A stretch of DNA of 64,000 nucleotides from Amoebophrya sp. A120 (lineage: Eukaryota; Protista; Dinoflagellata), in assembly GCA_905178155.1 (NCBI GenBank), contig CAJINV010000010.1, positions 2,596,466 to 2,660,465 of the forward strand. Reading direction: 5' to 3'. The notes beneath the pieces were generated by a model, which did not search any database, was not told where the DNA came from, and worked only from the letters and a program-made list of their open reading frames with translations. The position numbers and the translations under genes are program-made. Below, piece by piece: positions 1-12,600 of this stretch (within the stretch, counting starts at the first letter, position 1; the number at the start of each line of letters is the position of its first letter).

Positions 1-747
1 AGATCATCCGCGTCACAAAGCAAAACGATCTGACTTCTGAAGAGGATATGAAGAAAGACCAAGATCAGCGCACTGCGAAGATGAACTTCCTAGCACTATT
101 ACCTCTTGCGGAGGCAAGATCATCGGTTGTTTTTTTGTCACGGACGTGTATTTAACACGAGCTTCACAATCGACCTTATCCCAATCTCGATCAGCGCTGC
201 ATGATTCTCGTGCAAAACCCTCGCAATTCAAAGATACGAAAGCTCCGCACTTTGCCAAACTTTTTCCGAAGATCGTCTTGTAGAATTTTATTTCGAGGCT
301 TTAATACAATAGTACATAGGTTTCGTACAACAGCATATGATGCCTCTTCAACGGTTCCAGTTGAACCGCTCTCGGGCTCTAGAACAGTGGAGGACTTACA
401 CAAAAGTGTTTTGTGCATGTAAATGATTTGAGGAAGTCGAAGTTTCCGGCACAGATAAAGAAAAATAATCGTACTAGACTCCTTGACCTTGTTCTTTCTC
501 ATCTGGTTGACGAAGGACGAAGGCGGCAAAAAAAAAAATGAACCGAACCGGCATGGGACCTAAAGCTTTGGCCGCCCGCTCATGATGTGTTAGAATCTCA
601 ACTGTTACGATGAAATGCAGCGCGGGACCACTACCGTTTTGGAGACAGGAGCATTTGTAGAGCATTTTCCACACCGCTCTGAATAAAATTGACGAAGCTC
701 GCCGTTCTCTAGTACTACGGCGTGAAGCACACCGGCACCGTAGCGCC

Positions 748-2898
748 ATGACCTCTCCCAAAAATTCTACCCGGAAGTCTACCACGACGAAATGGGTCCA
801 GGAAATCAACTGGTCCATGCTGGCCACGTGGGTCACGCTTTTCACCACGGTGCTTTTCAACCTGCAGTTTCAGTTCATCTACCGCAATATGCAGCAGGGG
901 CCACTTTTCAACACCTTACTGACGGAGTACTCCGACCCGGTGATACTCGACGCGCTCGACCTTCTGGAAGATTTCCAAAAGGCGTCGGCCGGGGCGGTCG
1001 CCAAGGGTGCCGGGGTGGGGCTCGGGGGATCGGGACTCAGTGAGAAAGGGGCGAACAGTATCCAAGGAAAAAGCTGTATTTAGTGTAGCTGTCTTGTTCA
1101 GGTGACAGCATGACAAATTCGTTCTGCATGACCACAGAGAAATCCTGTCATGCACAGCTTGTATGTGAAAACATAAACATCTTTGAAAAAAAAAAAAACA
1201 GGACAGTGTGGGTGGCATGAGAAGTGTAACTGCTTATACATTTTCTGCATCACAGACTTACACTTACAGAGTTTTCTTCTTGCATAAACAGCTTCGGGAC
1301 GGAAAACTGGCAATACGCCTACGACTTATGCGCAGAAAAAAGTGTTTTTACAGTTACGCATTGTATTGCGGGCCAAGCATGACAGAATTTTTCTGTCATG
1401 CACAAAATGCTTGCGCGCCTCGTTTCTTCTGTGTTTTCCCTTATTATCTCTCTTGTGCATTCCACGGCATTCAGAGAAAGTCTGTGTTGCTGAACTTACA
1501 ACAAATGCGTCACTGTAACTGTATACACTTTTTTCTGGCCGCGATAAGATTTCCTGGAATTGCAGTACATAAACCACTACGCATTGGTGCAAATAGGTCT
1601 GGGTCTGGGAAGTAATGGAGATCTTGTCAGGCGTGCCTTGCATGTTTTTTGCTGAAGAACCACTACCGCTAGTACCGCATCAAAAGGTTTCCAGACCCAG
1701 ATCGGTATTTGCACTGCATAATCACCCCCGAGGACGGGAGATCGACCACGCAAGACGAAGGTTGATCTCCTGGTACAGCAAGGTACAGAAGTTGAAGTTG
1801 TAAATAAATGCTATTCATTTTAATAGTCACTCAGCAACTTCTCATGCGGGCAATGAAGCAGCTTTGCGTTGGTATTTTGTCATGCCAAAAAGTTTGCGAG
1901 TGTTTATGTTCTGTTGATGATGTCAGTATCAAAACAGGTACGGCTTTTCTTCGAGTTTGATCTGCTGTCCTCGTCTTACCTGGGCGTCATCCCGGGGGAA
2001 CGGCGGACGCAGTTTTTTCTCTCCATCGTGGAGCCTCTGGACACCCTCTCCCGCGCGATCGACTTACGGCCGCCAAACCCAGTCTTCGAATTTTTTCGCG
2101 AGCAGTACAACTTACCGAAGCGCGACATCGAGCTGGATTGGACCCGCGTACCGGCTTATGCAAAGAAAAAACTGTTTCACTGTGATGATTTTGCAAGATC
2201 TGCATCACAAGTTTGTTACACACGACACTGAAATTTTGTCATGCGCACTTCCCAAGGGAAAACACGGTGGAAAATCCAATGCCTTGCATGTATAGCAAGA
2301 CAAATAGTTTTGTGCTTCATTTTCTGCATCACAGGTTCACAGTGAAGCAGTTTTTTCTCAGGATACGGCGTATGCAAAGAAGAAGAAGACGTTACAGTTC
2401 ATCGACGTCCACATGATTGTGTTGTAGAAGATGAAAGCAATATTGCAAAGAAGTCCTGTCATGCGGAGAATGCATTATATGTTTATGCAAGTTTCTCTTG
2501 TCCTCCCGCAGAAGACCAAATTTGTGTTGCTGAATATGCAAACAGAATGTTTAACTGTAACAGCTTTTTTTTCCTTGGACGCCGCGAGTCTACAATTTAA
2601 GAAGCAAGAACACGACGCGAAAAGGAGAAGTAGCAAAGCCCGGGGAGCAGAACAGGAGGGGGGAAAGGGCAAGGAAAATCTCGTCTCACCCGCGGGTGGT
2701 CCTGCTGGAGCCGCGTCCGGGAAAAGTACTAGGGTAGCTTCGGATGTAAACGAAGATGCAGGGAATTTGGAGAAAGATCCGGTAAGAAGTACAGTAGACG
2801 GCGCATCCTGGGCGCCCGCTGGAGCACGACCGGTAGATGTTGAACCGGACCAACAAGGTCGGGGCGAGGGTAGTAGCGGTGCTCACGCAGAGCTGTGA
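748..2898 (+). CDS. Multi-exon membrane protein of unknown function (N-terminal TM helix, C-terminal HAEL)
   Basis: Continuous frame after removing insertions 1059-1286, 1327-1546, 1578-1720, 2157-2365 and 2371-2581 plus a GT-AG intron at about 1782-1937: ...GANSFGTENWQYAYDFLELQYINHPRGREIDHARRRLISWYSKVRLFFEF...VPASLQFKKQ...AHAEL*. Confidence 0.65.
1059..1286. mobile_element. Introner-like TIR insertion
   Basis: TATCCAAGGAAAA...TTTTCTTCTTGCATA, flanked by AACAG/AACAG; frame restored. Confidence 0.8.
1327..1546. mobile_element. Introner-like TIR insertion (degenerate)
   Basis: TATGCGCAGAAAAAAGTGT...ACACTTTTTTCTGGCCGCGATA; direct repeat CGACT/AGATT; frame restored. Confidence 0.65.
1578..1720. 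mobile_element. Introner-like insertion, family A (TCTGGGTCTGG TIR)
   Basis: TACGCA..GCAAATAGGTCTGGGTCTGG / CCAGACCCAGATCGGTATTTGCACTGCATA; direct repeat ACCAC/ATCAC. Confidence 0.7.
2157..2365. mobile_element. Introner-like TIR insertion
   Basis: TATGCAAAGAAAAAACTGTTTCACTGTGA / TCACAGTGAAGCAGTTTTTTCTCAGGATA; direct repeat CGGCT/CGGCG. Confidence 0.75.
2371..2581. mobile_element. Introner-like insertion directly abutting the previous one
   Basis: TATGCAAAGAAGAAG..GTTACAGTT / AACTGTAACAGCTTTTTTTTCCTTGGACG; direct repeat CGGCG/CCGCG. Confidence 0.55.
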
Positions 2899-3690
2899 AT
2901 CGAAGATGAAGAATTTCTCGGCGCAAAAAGAAAAACAAGCTAAGTAGAGCACCATCTTCCATCGCGGCGGCAAAAGCAATTCGACGGTGGCCCAGGTTGA
3001 AATGGTTTATTTCAGGCGGGCCTTTCTTGCACTTAGTTGTAAGTACCACCCTCGGCCACTCCGGGCCAACTCCGACGTCGACATTGTTTACTGTTGCTTC
3101 GTCGGACGACGAGTCCTTGTACATCAAAGAAACCTCCATCTACACCTGAAACAACTCCGCCAGCAACGCGTGGTCGACCAAATAAGCTGCATTTTTTGTG
3201 CAATGAAAGAAGATTGTTCCATGTGTACTTCTTGATGATGCAATGTTTCATGCCGGGTCTATTCCCAGCAGGGCATAGAAATCAGGCCGTCTATTTGAAT
3301 TCATCTCCGCAGAACAACTCCATCTCTGCGCTTCCGCGGAAGAAATACTAAAATGAATTGCAGCTGTTGTAGTCCTTCTTCGCGGCCGCGCAACCTTTTG
3401 GAAAAAGCGAACTACGCCCGGAAATAAATGAATGAGAGCGCAACAAGATGATGAGAAAAAACTCGTTCTTATTCCCCGTGTTGTGGGAAAGGACCCGGAA
3501 AGTGTTGCGTCAGGAGGCCGCACTGTGCGGCGGCGAGGGGCAGAAGTATTGTTGGCTTGTTCCCGCCTTCAATAGCGGATTTCCGTACAGCTATCCATTT
3601 CTAGACAAGATTGGGATCATGATCTATGCCTATGGCTCTGTCCTCCTTGCCATCCGAATAAGAATTGCAGTACTTTCTCTTTCAGTGGCG

Positions 3691-6600
3691 ATGGAGGAGC
3701 GAGGTACATCAAGCACGGATCAACTACTCTTCAAAGATGATCCAGCACTTCTGAGGCACTATGCCGGATGAACGATCTCATTTAGCACTACGTACCACGA
3801 CACTCCTCCCTCGTCCACTGTACCTATTTAGACACTACGAGGAAAGTAGGAGGTACTTCTAAATAGCCGACAGAAGTACATAGATCTGCACGTCATAGCT
3901 CTGTTTCGTGCACCATTATGGTTTGCATGACCAGAGAAGAACACAGACATGATATTCGGGGACTCACCGGAGGAAAAAGTTCTGTTGGCGGTGTATTCAA
4001 CGGTCGCCCGAGAAAATTAGTGAATAGGAGTAAAAACCATCCAAGACAGCGAAATTGGTGCGTTTATTCCGTTGCAGATAGTGAAGAAGCAAGAGTTCAT
4101 TTTTTCCTAGAAATTCTTGAGAAAAATGAAGAGGCCGATATGGAAGATTCATGTTTAGCAAGACGCAACAAGAAGTGAGTGTAGTATACTATAAATAAAA
4201 GTAACATCGAGGAAATAAAACAGCAAGAAGGCATTTTTCATGTGGTCATCATGTGATGGCATTTGTGTACAAAAGCAACAATATCATCTACGAACATCAC
4301 CAAGTGTGGCTGTGGGCGCGGGCGACGCGAATTTTCTGAAGATCACGACAATACCTTGGGACAAGAACATTGTACTGCTGGTGGTGGAGGTGTCCTCTAG
4401 TACTCAGCATGACAGCGGTCGTCCTGCAACTTCTACACGAAGAACCACGACATAGTATTCCACCGCTACCAGTGACCGGCCGTGTTTTGGGTAGAAGTCA
4501 GTCGCAAGGGGGGCAGCAACTCATTCCAGCAGAGGAATCGACGCCGAGGACTTTGTCATCTTCGAGGACTACACGACCATATAGTACTACAGAAGTTCTT
4601 GTTCCAGCTCCTGGGCTAGAAGTACTTGCTGCCCCGCACAGTTGTCCGCACCGCGCAGACACTCGCGAAGCGAACAACCCGCGTCATCAAGGACTAGAAT
4701 TGGCAGGGTCGACGTTTGTGTCACCACCAAGAACACCAGCTCGCGCTTTTCAATCGTCACCTTCAAAGAATAAACCTAGTACCGCGGATCATAATCATTT
4801 TCACCTTGAAACATCGACCGGGCAGAAGGAGCCCACAGTCGTTTCTGGAACGAAAACTACTGGTGTACCCGTACCGAATAAAGAGCAAGAATTTGTAGTT
4901 CCCGCGACCAGCAGCAGCACCAGCAGCGAGAGCAGCAGGAGAGCATCTTTGCCGGAGCAAAGGAAACTACAGATCTTCGGTATGAACAATAAAAGTAGTG
5001 CGCCCCCTGATGGTCGTGAAACAAAGTCGGGAGTAGAGCACCTTCCAAAGTTGGGCTCCCGAGCCCTTGTTGGTTCCGCTACTGCGAAAAATGAACCGCA
5101 AAATAACTTTTTGCAAAGCAGGACGGGTCCTCGGGATCAAGATCAACCACTCGCTGGTGAGACATCAAACCCAGCACCATCAACCTCCTCTTCCTGCCCC
5201 CTTTTCGCGCCCTCCAGTAGACTCGGCGACGAGCACTTCGCCAGCTGGGCGGCGAGACCGCCCGCGGGAGCAGCCTTGAGGACTTTTGGCGGAGCTGCAG
5301 GAGCATCGTCGTCGAGTAGTGGAGCCGCGTCTCTTACTACAACGTCTTTCCCCGCCGCCCATGGTAAAATCTCTGGGCTTGAAACGACGCCAAATATTAT
5401 AGATACACCGGCGTCGAACAAGCAGGAAACAAAAGTGAGAAGTTCGTTTGCACCTGACCAGCATCTGGACTTCCGGTTTGGGAAGACGGTGGAGGAGTTG
5501 CGGGCGAAAATTTTTGCCGCCTCACAAGTGATATCAACTGCAAAAATGTCTGGGTCTGGAAGATTGCAACTTGTCATGCTGTTTTTGGACTCTAGAAAAA
5601 TTTGTATTGCGTGACCAGCAAGAGGGGTGCAGTTTGTGCTACACGGACAGGGCATTTCTCATGCGGAAGGTGCAGCAGGAAGGGTTCTAAAAACCTGTGA
5701 TGCTAGGTTATGCATTACAGGCATCAATGGTCATGAGAAATATGCATGACAAATCTGGCATTCTTCCAGACCCAGATATTTTTGCATTTGATAAGTGACG
5801 AACAGTTCCTGCACGACAGTGTCAGCAGAAGATCAAAACCAGAACCACGACTCAGCTGAGATCAACAGCCCACAGGACGAGAACAATATTAACTACACCA
5901 GCAGCAACCTAAAGTCCATTACTTTCGCCTTCAACACGAGCTTCGACCCCGGCTGGCTCGATTTGGTCAAAAATTTTGAGTACATTGACTTGAACCACCT
6001 GCAGAACCAGGACAACGCAGACACTTTCCAAGACTTAGGGCAGGAAAAAGTTGTGTTGTACTTTAGCGTTTTATATCTAGTGCGATTTGATGTCATCAGG
6101 GTCATGCAGCTATCCGGCGCAAAAATGCAAAAAGTGACCGGAATTTTTCGTAGCGCTTGTGCTTAGCGCTAGCATATGCAAAGGTATGACGTGACGTTTT
6201 GTCTTGCAAGGATGTTCTTGCGTGCTGCGGGAAATGAACCGCTAAAAGAGAAAAGCAGTGGTAAAAACTACACTTTTTCTGTTTCATAACAGCTGAAAGA
6301 CGAACACTTGCTGCAGGTGTTAGACCAAAACCCCACCCTGAAAGAGTTGCAGCTGTACTGGAATCCACAGCTGACCGACAAGTCGCTGAGCCAAATCGCG
6401 GTGAAATGCCGGCAGCTGGAGCGGCTTTCGATCGCGGGCTGCGTATTGGCGACGGACGTTACGGCGGTAGAGATTTCGAAGCATTTAGGAGGTACTAGCG
6501 CCGGTCAGGGAACTACAAGCAGCGCCTCGACCAGGATGGTACCACCAGCGAAAATGCCGTCTGTGACGGGTGGCGCAGCTGCTCCTGGTGCTACAATTGC

Positions 6601-8158
6601 TAGTACCTCGTCGTCCCCGATGAGCCAAAACAGCAGTCGTGCAGGATTAATACAGCCACAACTCGCAGCACCTCCACATTTGAGGCACTTGGACCTGACC
6701 CGGTGTCCGAAGATTTCGAGTGCCGGGGTGCGAAAAATTCTGCGCCGCTGCAAGACGTATCAAGTGCAAAAATGTCTGGGTCTGGAAAGTTGTCATGCTA
6801 AAAGTGCTGGATAATAGCCGGACTGCAATTATACGCAGCCAGGCATGACAAATTTTTGAGCTGCTATGTGTTGCGTATTCCGCATGAGAAATAACAACGT
6901 TTTTACGTGACAGATAGGAGAGCCTTGTTTTCCGATGCTCCTATGCATCACAGATTCTCGAGTCATGTCAGACGTGCATGACAAATGTAAGAATCTTCCA
7001 GACGGACCCAGACACTTTTGCATTTGATAAAACGCTCGAGGTCTTGCGGGTGTACGCGAACGCGCACCTGCTGCCGGACGCTTTTCCGCTGTATCAAATA
7101 CAAAAATGTCTGGGTCTGGAAGGATGTACCCTGTGATGCGCATTTCGGAACACACAAAAATCTCTCATGCATAGGTAGCAAAAGCTGCTCGCTTTCTGCC
7201 ACCAAAATGGGCGATTTGTCATGCGGGTTCGGCATTGCGGAAGCTTCTCGAAACCTGTGATGCTAGAGCTTCCATGTCAGACCTTCTGCGTCATGCAGAA
7301 ACAGCATGACTTTTCCAGACCCACACACTTTTACATTTGATACGCTGGAAAACGTGCCGAATTTGGAGCTTTTAGACGTCTGTGGCACGCAGATCTCAGA
7401 CGACAATCTGGCCACCGTGGGGAGGAAGTTGAAGGTATAGTGCTGATTTGTAAAAATAGTCATGCTCATGTGTGATGCCATGTTCTGTTGATCCTGCGTA
7501 TTAGTACCACGCACAGCAGCACCAGCTCTCTGCCTCCTATTCGAAGATCTATCATCAACTATACTAGTATAAACCACTTCACAACAGGTGCTCAACCTCT
7601 CTTGGTGCGTGCACATCACGGATAGCGGCGTGAAAGCTTTGTGCGACAATGTTGAGAGTCTGGAAGAGTTGATATCCTGTGCAAAAGTTGTATCGTGCTC
7701 GTACTAATTGCGTTTATGCATTACAAATCTTTTTGCTAAGGCAAATCCGCATTACAAATTCAATTTATAATGCTAAGTCAATTTGTAATGCAATTTATAC
7801 CAGTACGATACTTTTGCAGTGCATAGTTGAGCGTTTTCGGCAATTTGAACCTGACCGACCGCGCCGTGGACTATTTGGGCAGCAAGTTTCGCGATACGCT
7901 GACAACGCTAGACATCAATGGCTGCATATCCACAGTAAATTTCCTGTACATGTACAAATGCGAATTCTGCATGACAAAGCTTTCTTATAATTCTGCTCAG
8001 CATGACAAGCGGCATGCTCCACGTTGGTGAAATTTGTGATGCATTTTGTACATGTACAGGAAATTTGTATTGCATACTGCACTAACGTGAAACACCGGAC
8101 GCCCGAGTACTTGCTGACTAAATTGCCGCATCTCCGGGTTTTCCAAGTACACTCGTGA
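3691..8158 (+). CDS. F-box/LRR (FBXL-type, cysteine-containing LRR) protein, multi-exon; 5' exons uncertain
   Basis: Spliced LRR repeats: LKELQLYWNPQLTDKSL, LERLSIAGCVLATD, LRHLDLTRCPKISSAG, LELLDVCGTQISD, LKVLNLSWCVHITDSGV, LEELSVFGNLNLTD, LTTLDINGCTNV...LRVFQVHS* (stop 8156-8158). GT-AG intron at 7435-7587. The F-box domain itself was not confidently seen. Confidence 0.8.
5532..5793. mobile_element. Introner, family A
   Basis: TATCAACTGCAAAAATGTCTGGGTCTGGAAG / CTTCCAGACCCAGATATTTTTGCATTTGATA; direct repeat AGTGA; joins ASQV|TNSS. Confidence 0.9.
6758..7029. mobile_element. Introner, family A
   Basis: Family A TIRs; direct repeat AGACG/AAACG; joins RCKT|LEVLRVY (LRR). Confidence 0.85.
7092..7342. 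mobile_element. Introner, family A
   Basis: Direct repeat CGCTG; joins FPL|ENVPNLELL; body closely similar to 56091-56353. Confidence 0.9.
7673..7825. mobile_element. Introner (short family)
   Basis: TATCCTGTGCAAAAG..TATCGTG / TACGATACTTTTGCAGTGCATA; direct repeat GTTGA; joins LEEL|SVFGN. Confidence 0.85.
7927..8076. mobile_element. Introner (short family)
   Basis: AAATTTCCTGTACATGTACAAA inverted repeat; direct repeat CTGCA; joins INGC|TNVK. Confidence 0.85.
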
Positions 8159-8305
8159 TGGATGCTGGAAAGGTCTTGTTGGAGTTAAAATTGACGACTT
8201 CTACCTAGGAATTACTAATACTTATTGGAGATAACAAAAACGACCCCCCCCCTTCGGTCGTGCCGCAGGCCGTTGGCCGTTTTCGTGTCGTCCTCTCGGA
8301 AGTGC

Positions 8306-8584
8306 TATCCTGAGTAAAAACGTACCCACACCAGAGTTGTAACGCAGATTTGCAAAGACAGGAAGACTTGTAATGCGCATCCCCATGAGAGCCCTTTCCA
8401 ATCGTGTTTTGGAATTTGTGATGCTGTGAGCAGGATGAGCAGATGAATCTGTGATGCGGCTGCACTTGCTAACCTGCACTACACTGCAGAGCGGAACTTG
8501 TCATGCGTGACTCACAAAACTCCTAGGTTTGTGTTGCAAAATCCCCATCCTGACTCTGGTGTGGGTACGTTTTTCCTCGGGATA
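8306..8584. mobile_element. Introner, family B (TATCCTGAGTAAAAACGTACCCACACCAGAGT TIR)
   Basis: About 32-bp TIR; direct repeat AGTGC; body is the reverse complement of 57561-57839. Host gene not resolved. Confidence 0.85.
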
Positions 8585-9611
8585 AGTGCTGCTGCTTGCT
8601 TACAACAAGGAGTTGTAGTTCTTCGAGGGGACTACAGACCACACAAGTAAGTACTTACATCGAAAATAAACGAGTTAGTGTAACAAGAAATGAAAGAACT
8701 TCAATTTTTACGTATGAAGAAGAAGAAGTATTTTGGCACGAGGACCACCACGACCTTTCGAACCATCAAACAGGCGACAGCGACAGTGCAAGTTGGAAAA
8801 GAAGTGGCACTCCGATCTGATACGATTCATCAATACAGCACGCTTGCCGATCTTCATCTGTAAGCGAAAAGTAATTCTCAAAGTTGCGCCGTTTATTTTT
8901 CCACTTGCAGAGTTGTAGGTGCTGTGGACGTCGCGCCGCTCGCGTTCTTTCGGAAAAAAAGTATGGCCGCATTCATATAGAAAACCAGAAGTCCTCCGCC
9001 CTTTCAGGTTGTTCGTGCGCGGCACTAGTACACAGGAGTTGCAGCTGTAGTTTTATGTACCATTGCCTGTGTAGAAGTGGGTCCTTTGTCAAGACCACGA
9101 CTTTATTTTCAGATTCTTTATAGTGATAAAGCTCGTAAACTCTGGTGCTGGGCTGCTTCAACTGCGGTCGTCGGTAGAAACAGAAATGCACGAGTTCCAC
9201 CACACTCGATTACTAGTAGGAGGATAGGCTCTTTATTGCACATCGTGATCTTCACTACCACTAGCAGCGATTTTATCTTCGTCTTTTATTCGTTTTTCGT
9301 TTCGTCATCGTCCTCTCTGGGCAGGTTCGTGTCGTGCCCGGTTTCCACGGAAGACGTTTCTGTTCGTGAGATGCACAACTTTTAGATCGCGGCGTTAACG
9401 ATCACGTATTTATGCTGCGCAGTACTAAGTAAAGTAGCTCTACTACTAAAGCGCCTACAACTCGCGCGTTAAAGTTTGAAACACCTCTGCTGGCACGTGA
9501 AAAGTATTGAAAGCTGGTTTTGCGAAAGCAGTGATAAAGTGTAAGTTGTGCCGACCAGCATTAAATGGCTCCTGTGCAGCACGGTCGTGGAAAGAAAAGG
9601 AAACGAAGAAG

Positions 9612-12600
9612 ATGTCCCACCTGCTCAGCTACCTGAAAGGCCTGCGACAAGCCCACCCGACGTGGACGGCCGAGAAAATCGTGAAGAAGTGCGAGCGGGA
9701 GCTGAAACTGATGGTGCGGAGTGGTTGTCCTGGTGCTTCGAGGAACCCATCTACATCTTCACGGGCAAGTTCTCTACCTGTGGTCCCTACGTCATCCCCT
9801 ACTCCACGTAGTACCGAGCTATACCACGTAGCAGCGAGGAAAGACGGGAAGAGTTTTATTCCCAGAGATAAAGGAAAAGTAGAATCACTACAGGAAGAGG
9901 AAAGGGAACAAAGTAATAGCATGGCAGATCTTGACGACGACGACATCAGGGCTAGTACCGCTAGGGAAAATAGTACAGCCTGCTCCGCTACACGTTCAGA
10001 GGCGCGACCTGCTGGTGGCACTACTACTAACACTCCGCGGCAGCGGCAGCAGCAGCGGCATGCACATGATTGCCCCACGAAGGAAGGTGGACGAGACGAG
10101 TCGTGCTTTTATCTTTTCAAATACCTGAAACACTGCTCGGACTTCGGCGACCCCCGCGTGCGGGAGGCGCGCGGGATATGGATGTGTCAGGTTTGAAATC
10201 GTCAAAGTTGAAATAGTTTGTCATGCATAAAATGGATGCGAGTCAGAAGCCCACTTATCAAGCGGCGCATGACAAATTTTCATAGAACCGGAGTCCAGTT
10301 TGTCATGCTGTTTGGTCACAGAAGACTGCTTTTGTCATGCTACTTTAGCAGCTCTATTTCAAACCCTGAACAGGCTCACAATCGGCCTCACTTGCCTACT
10401 CTGCAAGACAGGCACTTTGTGGGTTGCATTTTATGCATCACAAACTATTTCAACTTTGACGATTTCAATCCTGACGCTTCCATACGGGATCATTTTGGAT
10501 GACACCCTGGAAAACATCGTCTGCTACCTATCAAGATGACAAGTCTGCACAGCGCCACCCTTTACTTTGTTTTAGTATGCATGGCTTCAAGCGGATGAAC
10601 AAGCGAATACAACAATAAAGAAATAGAAAATTTTTTTCGTGCTCGCTACATATTCCCAGTGGAGTTGCTACTCGACACCAGCGTTTTCAGCGTTGAAAGC
10701 TTGAAGGACTCTGGCGCTTATTTTCACTTTGATTCTGCCCGTTTGACTTTTTCCACGTGTACGGCGAGGGGCGCTGCGTTATCACACAGAAAAAAGCTGG
10801 CAGGGCATATTTGTAATGCAAAAATGAATACACAAAAGGATCTGTATTGCATATCCGAAACAGCATGCTATGGGGCCACCCATGACAAATTTTCTTGTGT
10901 ATTTATTTTTGCATTACAAAGAAGTATGCCCTGCCCGCTTTTTTCTGTGTGATATGCGTTGGGCGGGACTTGGAGACAGTCTTCCGGGCGGGTGCAGCAG
11001 GAGCAGCAGCAACTGACATGATTGAGCCAACAAGTACAATAGCGAAGAGTCGTACTCGTTTCCACCGCCCGACCGAGCTACAAGAAGTTGGGACCACCTC
11101 AGCCACAACGAAGGAAAATACTGGTACGTCTGACGATAGTGATTTAAGTGTAATGGTAGAGCACAATGGTGTAGTGCCGCGAGCAGATGATGACCACAAA
11201 CCTGGAGCTGGTTCATCGTGCTCGCAGAAGCCAAAGATGATGACGCCGGACTTGTTGTCCACCTCCACGTGGTGTCGTGCGAGTCCCGGTCGTGCCGGCA
11301 TTACGTTACGAAAAAGTTCTGTCGCGCCGGCAGCTGCTCGTGTTGAGCATCTTGGCAGTTTCGAAAAGAAGTATGACGGGTGCCTGATCAAGGTTGTCAA
11401 CGTATTGCAAGGAAAAACTTCTCCTCCCCACATTGAGAGGAGCTTATGTTTCCGAAAATTTGTGTTGCTGATTTGTGGCCACAAATCGCATTTGTCTGGC
11501 AAGAAGACAAGGGCAGAAGCTGGCGCCGCCTTATGGAAGCGATTTGCCATGCTCTTGGGCCTAGAGGGCAGCCGTTTGCAATGCTGAGCAACTAGACCCA
11601 AACGCCCCGACCTAGGCTGGGGATCTGGCCGCAATGCCTTCCCGCAATACAAAGCGCATTTGTGATGTACACAAATCCCCCCGTATTTCACCCCCAGGGG
11701 GTTGCGGACCTGGCAAAACCGATGAGTTCGGGCTGCTGACTGTTCCACCTCTTCCGAGAGCGATCATGTTACGCCTCACGCCTCACAAATCCAGCGTCAG
11801 AAATCCCGTCTCGATATGGGGAGGGGGGATTTTTCCTTACGATGCAACGTCGGCGGGCGTCGGGGCAATTCCCGGATCGACGGCCACAAGGCCAGTTTAC
11901 TCATATCCACCAACAACACGATTGACGCGGGGCGGGCCGAGGTGTTTCGTTCGGGCGGAGGACGAGGACCCCGGCAACGTTCTTGCGCCGACGAGGTCCG
12001 TCCACGTTCTGCTTCCATGAAAACGGGGCTCTGCAGCTCCGGAGCTGGGGTCGTGGAAGTAGGAACCTATAATCCTGAACGCAGGAGGTCGTGCAAAAAA
12101 GGAGATGCTTATCATACTGGTTCTCCTACTCCTGCTGGAGCAAGAAAACCAGAAGGCGAAGTAGACGCGCTCGAGCCCAAAGTAGAAGAACTACCTGAAG
12201 CGGAATCGAGACGTTGCACGACTTCTTACCTTGACTTGTTCGAAGAGGCGCTCGAGCCTTACCTGATGCGGAAACACACGACCCGCGGAAGAACGTCGAG
12301 TTTCAAAGACGGTTATTTATTCGAGCAGACCTCCCGGCCTGAGGACGAGACCGAGAGGAAGATGATGATCGAGGGGAATAAGAATTACTATTGCAGTCGA
12401 GAACAACCAGAAGCCGCCGCGGACCACGATGATTCGTTGACGACGACCGCGTGCCTGGACGAAATTTTTCCTCCGGGCTGGACCTTTCTTTTCGAGCTCT
12501 ATGCATTGCAAAAGTAACGCACTCGTAGAAATGCATTACAAATTTCCTCAGCATGAGGAAGAAATTTCTAATGCTGATTTACCTATAAGAACAAGATTTG

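Noticed and set aside
3135-3304. Minus-strand J-domain/HscB-like start (MNSNRRPDFYALLGIDP...AYLVDHALLAELFQ)
   Set aside because: No HPD motif or convincing downstream exon found, and little room before the converging gene.
8590-9400. Minus-strand gene hosting the 8306 introner
   Set aside because: Probably present, but no reliable frame or product could be assembled.
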